Shown piece by piece: positions 38,035 to 49,574 of a stretch of DNA of 64,000 nt. The first letter of the stretch is position 1. Each line of letters starts with the position of its first letter. The notes beneath the pieces were generated by a model. That model searched no databases. It saw only the letters and a program-made list of their open reading frames with translations, and had not been told where the DNA came from. The DNA is from Vulcanimicrobiota bacterium. Lineage in GTDB: Bacteria; Vulcanimicrobiota; Vulcanimicrobiia; Eremiobacterales; Eremiobacteraceae. A program made the translations under genes and the position numbers. The stretch covers positions 64,001 through 128,000 of the forward strand of contig CAWDVP010000002.1 of NCBI GenBank assembly GCA_963805945.1. The letters are read 5' to 3'.

Positions 38035-40083
38035 TCATGCGCCGCCGCTCGCGGGGACGGCGAACAGCCGGCGATAGAGCGCTTGCAGCGCGAGACCGAT
38101 CAGCCCACCGGCGACGAGCGCGTTGAACAGCCGCAGCACGCTGATGATGAGCGGCGTATGGATGTGCGAGAACGTGTCGAGCACGTCCGCGAGACCAAGG
38201 CCTGCCGCGAGGACGATGAACCAGCCGGCGACGCGCCGATGCTCGGGCCGCAGGGCCGGCAGCAGCACGAGCGCGGGGAAGCCGATGAGGAACTCCTTGA
38301 AACGCGGCCGCGCGCCGAGCAGCGTGGTGAGGAAGCCGCGCAGGTGCGTCTCGAACGAGGACACGCTGACATCGGGCTGATTGCCCGAGCGGATCACGAG
38401 CAGGACGGCGCCTGCCGCGAGCACAGTGAGCGCGATCAGCTGCCACACCTTCACCGGCGCCTCGCCCGCGGCCGCGGGCTTGAGCGCGGTGCCGAACGGC
38501 GGTGCGAACGCGTACAGCAGCACGAGCACGATCGGAGGCACGACGAGCAGCGCCTTCACGCCGAAGAACTGCTGCACTTCCAGCATGAACGTCGTCTGCG
38601 CGAGCAGGCCGACGACGAAGAGCGCGCCGAGCAGCGCGACGCCGACGGCGGTGAGCAGACAGCGCAGACCGCCGCGTCCATCCGCGGCGAAAGTCCCCAC
38701 CGCGCCCTTCGCCCTGTCGAAATACGGCGCCAGCGTCGAGCCCGCGAGCACCGCGAACGTCAGCGCGCCGCCGAGCGCCCACAGCCGGCGCGTGATGTCG
38801 TCGTGTCCGACCGCGTATGAGCCCCAGCACGCGAGGACCGTGATGCCGAGGGCCGTCCACGCCATCCACATGCGCGCCCAGCCGTAGATGTCGAGCAGCA
38901 GCAGGAAGCCGCCGGCGACGCCGAGCGCGGCGAGGAAGTACGCGAGCGTCACCCACAGTCCGCTGATATCCGCGAACGTCGAGGGCCGGCCGATGTAGAA
39001 GCCATTGGCGACGAGCGCTTCCCGCAACCGATGCAGCATCTCGAGGTTCGATTGCTGCGCGGTGAGCGTCTTCCACGTGCCGTCGGATTGTTTGACCTGC
39101 GCGAGATGCGGGAACGGCCGCAAGTAGACGACGCGGATATTGCGCTCGCGCACGCCCAGCACATAGCGAGCCACGACTGTGTCCAGGTCGAGTTTGTCGA
39201 GCTCGAGCCGCGCGATCGCCTGCACGCGCACCGTCAGGTCCGGGATCTTGCGGCCGAGCGTGTCGCCGCCTTTTTGGAACTGCAGCGGATCGTACGCCTC
39301 GACGATGCCGAAGGGCGCGTGGTACTGCGGACCGTAGCGCTTGAACGCGTCGGCGGTCGCATCGAGCTGGTACGGATAGCCGATCACCTCGTTGCGCAGG
39401 CCGAAGAAGATGACACTGCCGATCTGGTCGCCGCCGAGCATCTGCCGGAACGCGACGTCGATGCGATCGGGATCGAGGTGCTCGTTGTTCTGGATGCGGG
39501 GATCGACGAGCAGCCCGAGGCCGCGCACGTCGTCAGCGACGTCCGCGGGTATCCCCAGACCGAGGTTGTTGAAATAGTCGATCTGCGTGCGCGCTTCGAG
39601 CAGCGCCGGCAGCGTCGCGCGCAGCAGCACCACGTTGCGCGGCTCGAGCTGGTTGCGCAGCATCGATTGATAGCGTGCGAGCGTCGGCGCGTCGAAGATG
39701 AGGATGTAGACGCTGTTCGACTCGATCGCGTTGCGCTTCACGAGCGACGCGAGCAGCGGATCCGACAGCGGCGAGGTGCGCGCCGCATCGACGATCTGCT
39801 GGCCCGTCTGCGCGAAGGCGTGCGTGCCGAGGTTGATGCGGTCGCCGAGCTCCTCGTACACCGCGACCGAGGTGAGGCCGGCGGCCTTGAACAGGCGCAG
39901 CAGGCCGTCCATGTCGTAGCCGTACGCGTTCGTGAAGTCGGCGAGATCCTGCTGATCCATCGTGATCTCGACGTAGCGGCTGCGATGCTCGTGCAGCAAG
40001 CGGACGCCCGCCAAGACGAGCGAGGCGAGCGCACCGACCACGATGAGGAGCAAGGCCATGCGCCGCATGGCATTCATGCGCAT
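38035..40083 (-). CDS. DUF5693-like membrane protein
   Basis: N-terminal TM; periplasmic domain with ERNIRVVYLRP; C-terminal TMs with F.GVK, RPRFKEFLIGFP and TFSHIHTP; adjacent to csaB. Confidence 0.8.
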   Translation of the reverse strand: MRMNAMRRMALLLIVVGALASLVLAGVRLLHEHRSRYVEITMDQQDLADFTNAYGYDMDGLLRLFKAAGLTSVAVYEELGDRINLGTHAFAQTGQQIVDAARTSPLSDPLLASLVKRNAIESNSVYILIFDAPTLARYQSMLRNQLEPRNVVLLRATLPALLEARTQIDYFNNLGLGIPADVADDVRGLGLLVDPRIQNNEHLDPDRIDVAFRQMLGGDQIGSVIFFGLRNEVIGYPYQLDATADAFKRYGPQYHAPFGIVEAYDPLQFQKGGDTLGRKIPDLTVRVQAIARLELDKLDLDTVVARYVLGVRERNIRVVYLRPFPHLAQVKQSDGTWKTLTAQQSNLEMLHRLREALVANGFYIGRPSTFADISGLWVTLAYFLAALGVAGGFLLLLDIYGWARMWMAWTALGITVLACWGSYAVGHDDITRRLWALGGALTFAVLAGSTLAPYFDRAKGAVGTFAADGRGGLRCLLTAVGVALLGALFVVGLLAQTTFMLEVQQFFGVKALLVVPPIVLVLLYAFAPPFGTALKPAAAGEAPVKVWQLIALTVLAAGAVLLVIRSGNQPDVSVSSFETHLRGFLTTLLGARPRFKEFLIGFPALVLLPALRPEHRRVAGWFIVLAAGLGLADVLDTFSHIHTPLIISVLRLFNALVAGGLIGLALQALYRRLFAVPASGGA

Positions 40084-40110
40084 GGCGCTTGTGTTTTGAG
40101 TTCTGCCCGG

Positions 40111-40566
40111 CTATTGCCTGGTTTTGAGTCTTTCGGCGGCCTCGCGCATCTTCTGCGCGGCGACGTCCAACGCGCCAGCGGTCGCTTCCATCGAGAGCAG
40201 CGCGACGTGCTCTCCCTTTTCCGCCAATATGCGCGCGAACTCTTCGGCTTTGCCGGCGAAGCGGCCGCTGCCCAACTGCTCGGCGAAATAGTCGCCCGGC
40301 CACTGCCAGGTGTCGGCCTGAGCGCCGGCTGCGAGCTTCGCCGCGCACGCCTCGGGCGTGCCGAGGGCGTCGAGGTGCGTGCGTACCGTCGCAAGGTCGA
40401 TCGCTTGTCCGCCGGCCTCGCGGGTCATCGACGTGCATGCCGCCATGATGTCGCGATAGAGCCGGTCGACCAGCGCCAGCCGGGTGCTGGGCGGCAGTGG
40501 CAGCGCTGAGCGGACCTTATCGGTGTAGTCGTTGATCGCCGCGGTCGCATCCGGTGCGATATCCAT
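40111..40566 (-). CDS. HAAS/DUF1700-like small protein
   Basis: Y...VR.AL.LP...R....D.L...I......LDALG.P...A pattern; AAAGGA RBS. Confidence 0.55.
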   Translation of the reverse strand: MDIAPDATAAINDYTDKVRSALPLPPSTRLALVDRLYRDIMAACTSMTREAGGQAIDLATVRTHLDALGTPEACAAKLAAGAQADTWQWPGDYFAEQLGSGRFAGKAEEFARILAEKGEHVALLSMEATAGALDVAAQKMREAAERLKTRQ

Positions 40567-40602
40567 ATCCTTTATCCCCGTTCTCGAGCGTGTGTGTCTC
40601 CC

Positions 40603-40632
40603 ATTATACTCCCACCTCCCCGCGGGGTTTCA
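40603..40632 (-). promoter_or_regulatory. Putative SigW-like ECF promoter
   Basis: TGAAAC-N16-AGTATAAT upstream of the 40566 gene cluster. Confidence 0.45.
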
Positions 40633-40661
40633 GGAGTCCGCGGCTGAAGTGCCCGCGTGCC

Positions 40662-41537
40662 ATGTCTCCCGCGCCCGCGTCGCCCGTCCGCAACGTGAAC
40701 GTCGCCTGTTCGGCCTGTGACGGCACGCAGCCGTGCGCGCAGTGCGCTGCCGCCGGCAAGGCGCTCGCCGCCGCCGGCCATCGCGTGTTCCGTTCCTCGC
40801 GCTATGCCGCTCTGCGCGCCGCGGCCGACGGCACCTATGGTTTCGAGGCCTGCGTCGTGCCGGTCGGCGCCGCGGAACGTGCGCTTGCCGACGCGGTCGT
40901 CGCGCTGCTGGGCGATGCGCACGTCGCGATCGCGGTCGAGGATCCGGACGTCATCCACGGCGCGCTGCCCGCGCATTTCTCCATGTTCCCGCTCGCCGAT
41001 TTCCGCCGCGGCGCGCTGCCGCCCGAATGGCTCGCCGGACTTTCGACCGCACGACGCCCGACCGTGGACGCGGGTCGCGCGACGAACGGTACGCGCGCGC
41101 CGAATGGCGCAGTCCGCGCTCCTTCGCCGAAGTCGCAGGCCACGCGGCGGCTGCGCAGCATCGTCCATCCGTTCAATGCGCCCGTCGTCGACGCCGCTGC
41201 GCTCGTCGAGGACGAGTTGGCGTGGTACCGCGCAAGCGATCTCGGGTTCGTGCTGCTGTCGATCAGAGGCGAAGGGCTCGCGGGAGAATCGCTGTGCGCG
41301 GCGCTCGGCCCGTTGCTGCGCACCAGCGACAGCACGGCGACGCGGGCTGATGATTGTGTCGTCGTGCTCGCTGGAGCCAGCGCGCAGCATGGCAAGAAAG
41401 TGGCGGCGCGGCTCGTCGCTCCGCTAGCCAAACACCTCGGCGTTGCGCGCGACGCAATCCGGATCTGCGCGGCGGCATGTCCTGATGATGCGGTTGATGG
41501 GGATTCACTTCTTCGAATCGCGACCTCGCCGATATGA
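40662..41537 (+). CDS. Hypothetical protein: N-terminal CxxC-x5-CxxC and degenerate GGDEF-like C-terminus
   Basis: CSACDGTQPCAQC; C-terminal LLRTSD....DDCVVVL.GA......VA.RL ... A.CPDD..D...LL..A. Confidence 0.5.
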   Translation: MSPAPASPVRNVNVACSACDGTQPCAQCAAAGKALAAAGHRVFRSSRYAALRAAADGTYGFEACVVPVGAAERALADAVVALLGDAHVAIAVEDPDVIHGALPAHFSMFPLADFRRGALPPEWLAGLSTARRPTVDAGRATNGTRAPNGAVRAPSPKSQATRRLRSIVHPFNAPVVDAAALVEDELAWYRASDLGFVLLSIRGEGLAGESLCAALGPLLRTSDSTATRADDCVVVLAGASAQHGKKVAARLVAPLAKHLGVARDAIRICAAACPDDAVDGDSLLRIATSPI

Positions 41538-42199
41538 ACCTAGGATTCAACCGCCTCGTCGTACCTATGTTCTTCGCGGTTTGCGCTTGCGTGGCGCCTA
41601 CAGCGGCCGCGCAGCAACCCAACGTTTCTCTAACCGCATTCGCCTGCTCGGGAGAGCTCAATATCTCGCCTAAAGTTTTCGTAATGAGCGGCTTCTATGG
41701 TTCTGGTGCCGAGACGAGTGCGATCGCGCAGGAAATGGCGCCTGGGGTTTTTAGCCTCACACTCGCGATGCAGCCAGGCCACTATTTCTTCGAAGTCCGC
41801 ACGACAAATTGCTTCGGAGTCGCCGGAACGGAGATTCTGCCCGGACGCATACGGCATCTTGCATTTCAGCTCGCAGACAATACCGTCCACGATGTTCATT
41901 CTAACTGTTCGCTCGCAGGGACCCTTCCTGCAGCTGGCATTGGCGTGGAACTCATGAACGTGCGAAAACCGGTGTCTTATCGGGCTGTCGTCGATGATGG
42001 AGCATATTACGCCGAGGGTATCGGCCCTGGGACGTATCATCTAGTACTTCTATTAGCCGGCGCCGATATCGACCTCGGAGTGGTCAATCTGGACGCCATA
42101 AACGGCAAGTGCGAAGCTCATATTGTGAGGGATGTGAGCCTCGATGAAGTCCGTGCTCACAGCACGCAATTCTTCGGAATTCAAACGCCAACGCCCTGA
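41534..42199 (+). CDS. Secreted hypothetical protein with carboxypeptidase-regulatory-like beta domains
   Basis: Signal peptide; two PG.Y-type repeats (QPGHY, GPGTY); lower GC. Confidence 0.55.
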   Translation: MNLGFNRLVVPMFFAVCACVAPTAAAQQPNVSLTAFACSGELNISPKVFVMSGFYGSGAETSAIAQEMAPGVFSLTLAMQPGHYFFEVRTTNCFGVAGTEILPGRIRHLAFQLADNTVHDVHSNCSLAGTLPAAGIGVELMNVRKPVSYRAVVDDGAYYAEGIGPGTYHLVLLLAGADIDLGVVNLDAINGKCEAHIVRDVSLDEVRAHSTQFFGIQTPTP

Positions 42200-42208
42200 C
42201 TCTTGTGA

Positions 42209-43714
42209 TCATCCCGCTGGCATCGTCGGCGTGCCGGCCGCGGGCGCGCCGGTGCGCAACAGGCTGTTGCGATAGCCGTACAGCGCGTACACGACGATGC
42301 CGATGACGAACCAGACCACGTAGCGCGTCCACGTCGCCGGCTGCAGCGACGTCATCATGTACAGGCACAACCCGGCGCCGAGGATCGCGGTGAGCGGGCC
42401 GAAGGGCGCCTTATACGGACGCACCGCGTTCGGATGCGTACGGCGCAAGACGAAAACGCCGACGCACACGATGGTGAACGCCCACAACGTGCCGATGTTG
42501 ACCAGTTCGAGCAGGCTCTGAAGCGGCACGCTCGCGGCCAACAATGCGACGATCACGCCGGTGATGATGGTCATCCGAGTGGGTGTGTGGAAGCGCGGCG
42601 ACACCGCGGCGACCGCGGGCGGCAGCATGCGATCTCGCGCCATGACGTAGAAGATGCGGACCTGGCCAAGCAGCGAGGTGAGCATGACGCTGATGTTGCC
42701 CGCGATGCCGCCCCAATTGACGATATCGACGAAGAGCTTGCTCCTCGGGTGCGCAAGCGCCGCGGCTTGGCCGAGCGCGGCGTTGGAATCCATGTGCTGC
42801 CACGGCACGACGCCGACGGTGACGATCGCGATCGTCATGTAGAACAGCCCGCCGATGAGCAGCGAGCCGATGACGCCGATCGGCAGGTCGCGCTGCGGAT
42901 TCTTCGATTCTTCGGCGGCGACCGTGACCGTGTCGAAGCCGATGTAGGCGAAGAACACGAGCGCGGCGCTCGTGACGATGCTATGCGCGCCGAGCGGCAG
43001 CAGCGGTGTGTAGTTGGACGAATGGACCGCGCTCACGCAACCGATGACGAAGATGACGAGCACGAACATCTGGAAGATCACGAAGACCGTGTTCGTGCCG
43101 GCCGATTCCCTGATCCCCAGCGCCAGCAGCGCGCTCACCGCAAGGACGACGAGCGCGGCGATGACGTCGTAATGCGAGGCGAGCAGATCGAACGAGGTGG
43201 GGACGGCGAAATGAATCGGACCGAACGAGATGGGCGCGGTCGTCATGACGATGTGTGCGCTCTGCGCCCAGGCCGGCAGCACGATGCCGTGATCGCCAAG
43301 GAAGTTCTGCACGTAGCCCGAGAGCGATGCCGACACCGGCGCGGCGCTAAATCCGTATTCGAGGATGAGGTCCCAACCGATGATCCACGCGACGATCTCG
43401 CCGAGCGTGGCGTACGCGTACGTGTACGCGCTGCCGGCGACGTGCACCATCGACGCGAATTCCGCGTAACAGAGCGCGACGAAGACGCACGCGATGCCGG
43501 ACAACCCGAACGCCAGCACGACGCCGGGGCCGGAGGCCTGTGCGCCGACGCCCATCGTCGTGAAGACGCCGCCGAGCATGGTGCCAAGACCGATGGCGAT
43601 GAGCGAAGGCCAGCCGAGCGCGCGGTGAAGCTTCGGCCCTTCTTCCTCTGGCCGAACACGGTCGTGCGGCTGTATGGCGAACAGCCGCTGCACAAGGCTC
43701 TTGGGCTGCTGCAT
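42209..43714 (-). CDS. APC-family amino acid/polyamine permease
   Basis: CYAEFAS...[35 protein letters not shown]. Confidence 0.92.
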   Translation of the reverse strand: MQQPKSLVQRLFAIQPHDRVRPEEEGPKLHRALGWPSLIAIGLGTMLGGVFTTMGVGAQASGPGVVLAFGLSGIACVFVALCYAEFASMVHVAGSAYTYAYATLGEIVAWIIGWDLILEYGFSAAPVSASLSGYVQNFLGDHGIVLPAWAQSAHIVMTTAPISFGPIHFAVPTSFDLLASHYDVIAALVVLAVSALLALGIRESAGTNTVFVIFQMFVLVIFVIGCVSAVHSSNYTPLLPLGAHSIVTSAALVFFAYIGFDTVTVAAEESKNPQRDLPIGVIGSLLIGGLFYMTIAIVTVGVVPWQHMDSNAALGQAAALAHPRSKLFVDIVNWGGIAGNISVMLTSLLGQVRIFYVMARDRMLPPAVAAVSPRFHTPTRMTIITGVIVALLAASVPLQSLLELVNIGTLWAFTIVCVGVFVLRRTHPNAVRPYKAPFGPLTAILGAGLCLYMMTSLQPATWTRYVVWFVIGIVVYALYGYRNSLLRTGAPAAGTPTMPAG

Positions 43715-43724
43715 CAGCCCGCCG

Positions 43725-45163
<1,439 letters not shown>

Positions 45164-45167
<4 letters not shown>

Positions 45168-46681
45168 TTGTCGGCGAACCAGCCGATAGGTTCGACCGCC
45201 AAGTTCACGTTGATCTGCTTCACCTCGGTGTACTGCTCGTAGCCGTAGGTGCCGAGCTCGCGGCCGGTGCCCGATTGCTTGTAGCCGCCCCACGGCGCCT
45301 CGTTGTACGTCGGATGGTAGGTGTTGATCCAGGTGATGCCCGCGCGCAGCTTCTTGATGACGCGGTGCGCCTTGGCGATGTCATTGGTGAACACCGCGCC
45401 CGCGAGGCCGTACACGGTGTCGTTGGCCATCGCGATGGCTTCCGCTTCATCTTTGAAGCGCTGCACCACCAGCACCGGACCGAAGATCTCTTCCTTGACG
45501 ATGCGCATGCCCGGCGTGGTGTTGGTGAAGATGGTAGGCTCGATGTAGTTGCCCTTCTCGAGCTCGCCCGTCAGCCGCTTGCCGCCGGTCTCGAGCTTTG
45601 CGCCTTCTTCGATTCCGGTGCGGATGTACGCCTCGACCTTCTCCTCATGCGCGCGGCTCACGAGCGGCCCCATCTCCGTCGCCGCATCGAAACCGTCGCC
45701 GACTTTGATCTTGCGCGTCCGTTCGACGAGGCGCTTCACGAACTTGTCGTGGATCGAATCCTCGACGAGCAGTCGCGAGCCGGCGGAGCACACCTGGCCG
45801 GCGTTCGCGAAGATGCCGAAGAGCGCGTAGTCGACGGCCGTCTCGAAGTCGGCGTCGGCGAACACGATGTTCGGCGACTTGCCGCCGAGCTCGAGCGAGA
45901 TCTTCTTGAGATTGTCGGCTGCCGCGTGCATGATCGAGCGCCCGGTCTTCGTGCCGCCGGTGAACGCCACTTTGTCGACGAGCGGACTTTCGGCGATCGC
46001 CGCGCCGACCACCGGCCCCGCGCCGAGCACGATGTTGACGACGCCTTTCGGGAAGCCGACCTCTTCGATGAGCATGGCGAGGCGCAGCGCGGTGAGCGGC
46101 GTCAGCTCCGACGGCTTGAGCACGCACGTGTTGCCGGCGGCGAGCGCCGGTGCGAGCTTCCACGCGGCCATGAGCAGCGGATAGTTCCACGGGATGATCT
46201 GGCCGCAGACGCCGATCGGTTCCCGCACGACCATCGACTGCGACGCCGCGGGCACGTCGAACGTCTGCCCCTGCGGCTTCGTGGCAAGACCCGCGTAATA
46301 GCGATAGCAGCCGGCTGCGTCCGCGACGTCATACTCGGTCTCGCGTAGCGGCTTGCCGTTGTTGAGCGTCTCGAGCCGCGACAGCTCGGTGGTGTGCTCC
46401 TCGAGTATGTCCGCCAGTTTGAAGAGCAGTTTGGCGCGGTCCTGAGCGGTCGAGCTGCTCCATGGTCCCTCGTCGAACGCTGCGCGCGCCGCGCGGATGG
46501 CGCGTTCCGCGTCGAGCTTCGTGCCTTCTGCCACGCGCGCGATAGGCTCGCCGTTCGACGGGTTGATGAGTTCGCGCACGCCCCCGGCCGACGCCGCGCT
46601 CCATCCGCCGTCGATGTACATGAGGCAGACGCCGTCTTTGGCCGGCAGATCCTTCAGCAGATTCTCAGTGGTCGCAAGCAT
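45164..46681 (-). CDS. Aminoaldehyde (aminobutyraldehyde/betaine-aldehyde-type) dehydrogenase
   Basis: PWNYPLLMAAWK, FTGG, ELGGKSP, AGQVCSAGSR, EEIFGP; downstream of patA. Confidence 0.9.
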
Positions 46682-46700
46682 CTCGATCTTCTCCTAATAT

Positions 46701-46724
46701 GGAGCGGTCGAATTTGTTCGACCG
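46701..46724 (+). repeat. REP family-2 copy between patA and the ALDH gene
   Basis: GGAG-CGGTCGAA TTTG TTCGACCG. Confidence 0.8.
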
Positions 46725-46728
46725 TTGT

Positions 46729-48099
46729 CTAGGCGGGCACGGTGTCGCGCGCCATCGCGTCGAGCGATTCGCCCAACGACTTGACGACGTAGTCGGCCTG
46801 CTCCTCGGTGATCGTCAGCGGCGGTTCGAAACGGATGACGCGCGCGTTCACCAGCGTGCCGGAGCACAGCACGCCTCGCTCGAGCATCGCCTTGCTCAGG
46901 GCGAAGCCGGCTTCGTGGCTCACGAATTCCAGCGCCATGAGCAGGCCCTTGCCGCGCACGTCCACGACTATGTCCTCGTGCCCCTCGACCGCGTGCTTGA
47001 GGCCAGCGAGCATGCGCTCGCCCATCCACGCCGCGCGCTCGGGCAGCTTCTCCGTGATGAGCACGTAGAGCGTGGCGAGCGCGGCCGCGCACGCAAGCGG
47101 GTTGCCGCCGAACGTAGTCGTGTGCAGGAACGGGTTGTCGAACAAACGCGAGAACACCGCCTTCGTGCCCACCACCGCTCCGGCCGGCATGACGCCGCCG
47201 CCGAACGCCTTGGCCAGGCACATCAGGTCCGGCGCGACGCCGTAGTGCTCGCAGCAGAACATCTTGCCGGTCCGCCCCATGCCGGTCTGGACCTCGTCGA
47301 GGATGAGCAGCGCGCCGTATTCGTCGCACAGCTTGCGCACGCCGGGTAAGTAGTCGTCATCGGGGATGTTGACGCCGCCTTCGCCCTGGATCGGCTCGAG
47401 GATCACCGCGCCGACGTCCTCGCCGACCATCGCGAGCGTGTGCATGCGCCGGCGCAGTTCGACCAGGTCGTTGAACGGCACGTGTTCGATGTTCGGCAGC
47501 ATGGCGCCGAACGGCCGGCGGAACTCGCCTTTGGCGCTCGCGGAGAGCGCGCCATAGCTCTTGCCGTGGAAGCCCTTGGTCGCGCCGATGATCGTCTGCT
47601 TCTTGGGATCGTAGACGCGCGCGAGCTTCAACGCCGCTTCGATCGTCTCGGTGCCGCTATTGCAGAAGAACGCGTACTCGAGCTTGCCCGGCGTCACCAG
47701 CGACAGCGCCTTGGCGAGCATGCCGCGCAGCGGGTCGAGCAGGTCTTGGCTGTGGAGCGGCTGGCGGTGGAGTTGGTCGGTGACCGCTTTGACCACCACC
47801 GGGTTGCGATGGCCGACGTTGAAGATGCCGAAGCCGCCGAGGCAATCGATATACTCGCGGCCGTTGACGTCGCGATAGGCGTTCAGGCCGGCGTCCGCCC
47901 ATTCGACGGCGGCGACGGCGTGTTCGACGGACGTGGCCTTGCGATACTCGAGAAAACCCGGATTGACGTGATCGCGGAAGTTCTCGACGGTTTCGTTGGT
48001 GATCCAGGCCGCGTCGTCTTTTGTGATCTCGGGCTTTTCGATGAGCCCGAGCACGCGCGTGACGTAGGCGAGGGCTTCAGGGATGTCTTGCTTCGTAAT
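46729..48099 (-). CDS. patA: Putrescine aminotransferase (probable ATT start)
   Basis: HVNPGFLEYRK, DCLGGFGIFNVGHRNP, LHSQ.LLDPLR, DEVQTGMGRTG, AKAFGGGVMP, PFLHTTTFGGNP. RBS AAGGAG lies 9 nt before ATT 48099. Confidence 0.92.
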   Translation of the reverse strand: MTKQDIPEALAYVTRVLGLIEKPEITKDDAAWITNETVENFRDHVNPGFLEYRKATSVEHAVAAVEWADAGLNAYRDVNGREYIDCLGGFGIFNVGHRNPVVVKAVTDQLHRQPLHSQDLLDPLRGMLAKALSLVTPGKLEYAFFCNSGTETIEAALKLARVYDPKKQTIIGATKGFHGKSYGALSASAKGEFRRPFGAMLPNIEHVPFNDLVELRRRMHTLAMVGEDVGAVILEPIQGEGGVNIPDDDYLPGVRKLCDEYGALLILDEVQTGMGRTGKMFCCEHYGVAPDLMCLAKAFGGGVMPAGAVVGTKAVFSRLFDNPFLHTTTFGGNPLACAAALATLYVLITEKLPERAAWMGERMLAGLKHAVEGHEDIVVDVRGKGLLMALEFVSHEAGFALSKAMLERGVLCSGTLVNARVIRFEPPLTITEEQADYVVKSLGESLDAMARDTVPA

Positions 48100-48114
48100 T
48101 TTCTGCTACTCCTT

Positions 48115-48140
48115 GGGCCGATCTAAAGATCGGCCCCTAC
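48115..48140 (-). repeat. REP family-1 copy between gabT and patA
   Basis: GTAG-GGGCCGATC TTTA GATCGGCCC. Confidence 0.85.
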
Positions 48141-48142
48141 AT

Positions 48143-49429
48143 TTAGGTTGAGAGAACTGATTCGCAGCTCGCCGTGAAGCGCGCCAGGCCTTCCTTCAGA
48201 TCCGCGTCGCTGATCACCAGCGGTACGAGCACGCGCAGGACGCAGCTCTTCGAGCCGGCCGACATGAGCAGTAGCCCGCGCTCGCGCGCCGCCGCGATGA
48301 TGCGCTTCGCGATCGGCTCCGCCCCCGGCTCGTCGATGAACTCCATGCCCATCATCGCGCCGAGCCCCCGCACGTCGCCGACTCGTTTCGGATAACGCGT
48401 GGCGAGCTCGCGCATCGCAGCCTCGAGGCGCGTGCCGATCGCAGCGGCGCGCTGCACCAGCTTCTCGTCCTCGAAGATGTCGAGCGTCGCGAGCGCCGCC
48501 GCGCACGCGAGCGGATTGCCCGCATACGTGCCGCCTAGCCCGCCCGGGTCAGGCGCGTCCATGATCTCGGCGCGCCCGATGACGGCGGCCAGCGGCAGCC
48601 CGGCCGCGATGCTCTTGGCGACGCACATCAGGTCCGGTTCCACACCGGCGTGCTCGATCGCGAACATCTTCCCGGTCCGGCCGAAACCCGATTGGATCTC
48701 ATCGGCGACGAGCACGATGCCGTGGCGCGTCGCGATCTCGCGCAACGCTTGCAAGAACTCGACCGGCGCCGGGATGAACCCGCCTTCGCCGAGCACCGGC
48801 TCGATGATGATCGCGGCGACGCGCGCCGGCTCAACCTCTGATTCGAACAAGTCGTCGAGCGCGCGCAGCGCGCGCTCCGTCGTCCAGCCCTGATACTCGT
48901 ATGGGAACGGCGCGTGATAGATCTCGCTGCAGAACGGGCCGAAGCGCTGCTTGTACGGCTCGTTCTTGCCGGTCATCGAGAGCGCGAGCAGCGTCCGCCC
49001 ATGATAGCCGTGATGGAACGCCACCACCGAAGCGCGACCGGTATGCGCGCGCGCGATCTTGACCGCGTTCTCGGTGGCTTCGGCGCCGGTGTTGAGCAGC
49101 AGCGACTTCTTGCGGCTCGGTCCCGGCGCGATGCGATTGAGCCGCTTCGCCAATCTGACGTACGAGTCGTACATCGCGACCTGGAAGCACACGTGAGTGA
49201 AACGATCCAGCTGTTCGCGGACGGCTGCTTGGACGCGGGGGTGGCAGTGGCCGACGTTGAGCACGCCGATGCCGCCGACGAAATCGATGTATTCCTTGCC
49301 GTCGGCATCCCACAGCCTCACCCCCGACGCGCGGTCGACGAAGAGCTGGTGCGCGTTGCCGACGCCGCGCGCGACCTCGGTCTTGCGCAGGTCGAGCAGC
49401 GCAGCGGAGGGCGACGGTGCTATGGCCAC
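48143..49429 (-). CDS. gabT: 4-aminobutyrate aminotransferase
   Basis: IDFVGGIGVLNVGH, GAEATENAVKIAR, HGRT, EPVLGEGG, DEIQSGFGRTG, GGTYAGNP. Confidence 0.92.
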   Translation of the reverse strand: MAIAPSPSAALLDLRKTEVARGVGNAHQLFVDRASGVRLWDADGKEYIDFVGGIGVLNVGHCHPRVQAAVREQLDRFTHVCFQVAMYDSYVRLAKRLNRIAPGPSRKKSLLLNTGAEATENAVKIARAHTGRASVVAFHHGYHGRTLLALSMTGKNEPYKQRFGPFCSEIYHAPFPYEYQGWTTERALRALDDLFESEVEPARVAAIIIEPVLGEGGFIPAPVEFLQALREIATRHGIVLVADEIQSGFGRTGKMFAIEHAGVEPDLMCVAKSIAAGLPLAAVIGRAEIMDAPDPGGLGGTYAGNPLACAAALATLDIFEDEKLVQRAAAIGTRLEAAMRELATRYPKRVGDVRGLGAMMGMEFIDEPGAEPIAKRIIAAARERGLLLMSAGSKSCVLRVLVPLVISDADLKEGLARFTASCESVLST

Positions 49430-49496
49430 GTCGTAGCGTCCTTTCTTGACAAAGCTGCGCTTCTAGTGTATCAGCGCCCGAGAGGCGAAAGCCACG

Positions 49497-49541
49497 TGGC
49501 GAAAGCACAAAATAAGGCCTATCTTTGGTGTTTTCGTGCCA
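49497..49541. promoter_or_regulatory. Imperfect inverted repeat, candidate PucR-family operator in the divergent gabT/regulator intergenic region
   Basis: CGAAAGCACAAA ... TTTGGTGTTTTCG flanking a central AGGCCT. Confidence 0.35.
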
Positions 49542-49574
49542 AGAATGCCCCGTGGCGCTGTCGAAGGCGCGCGG

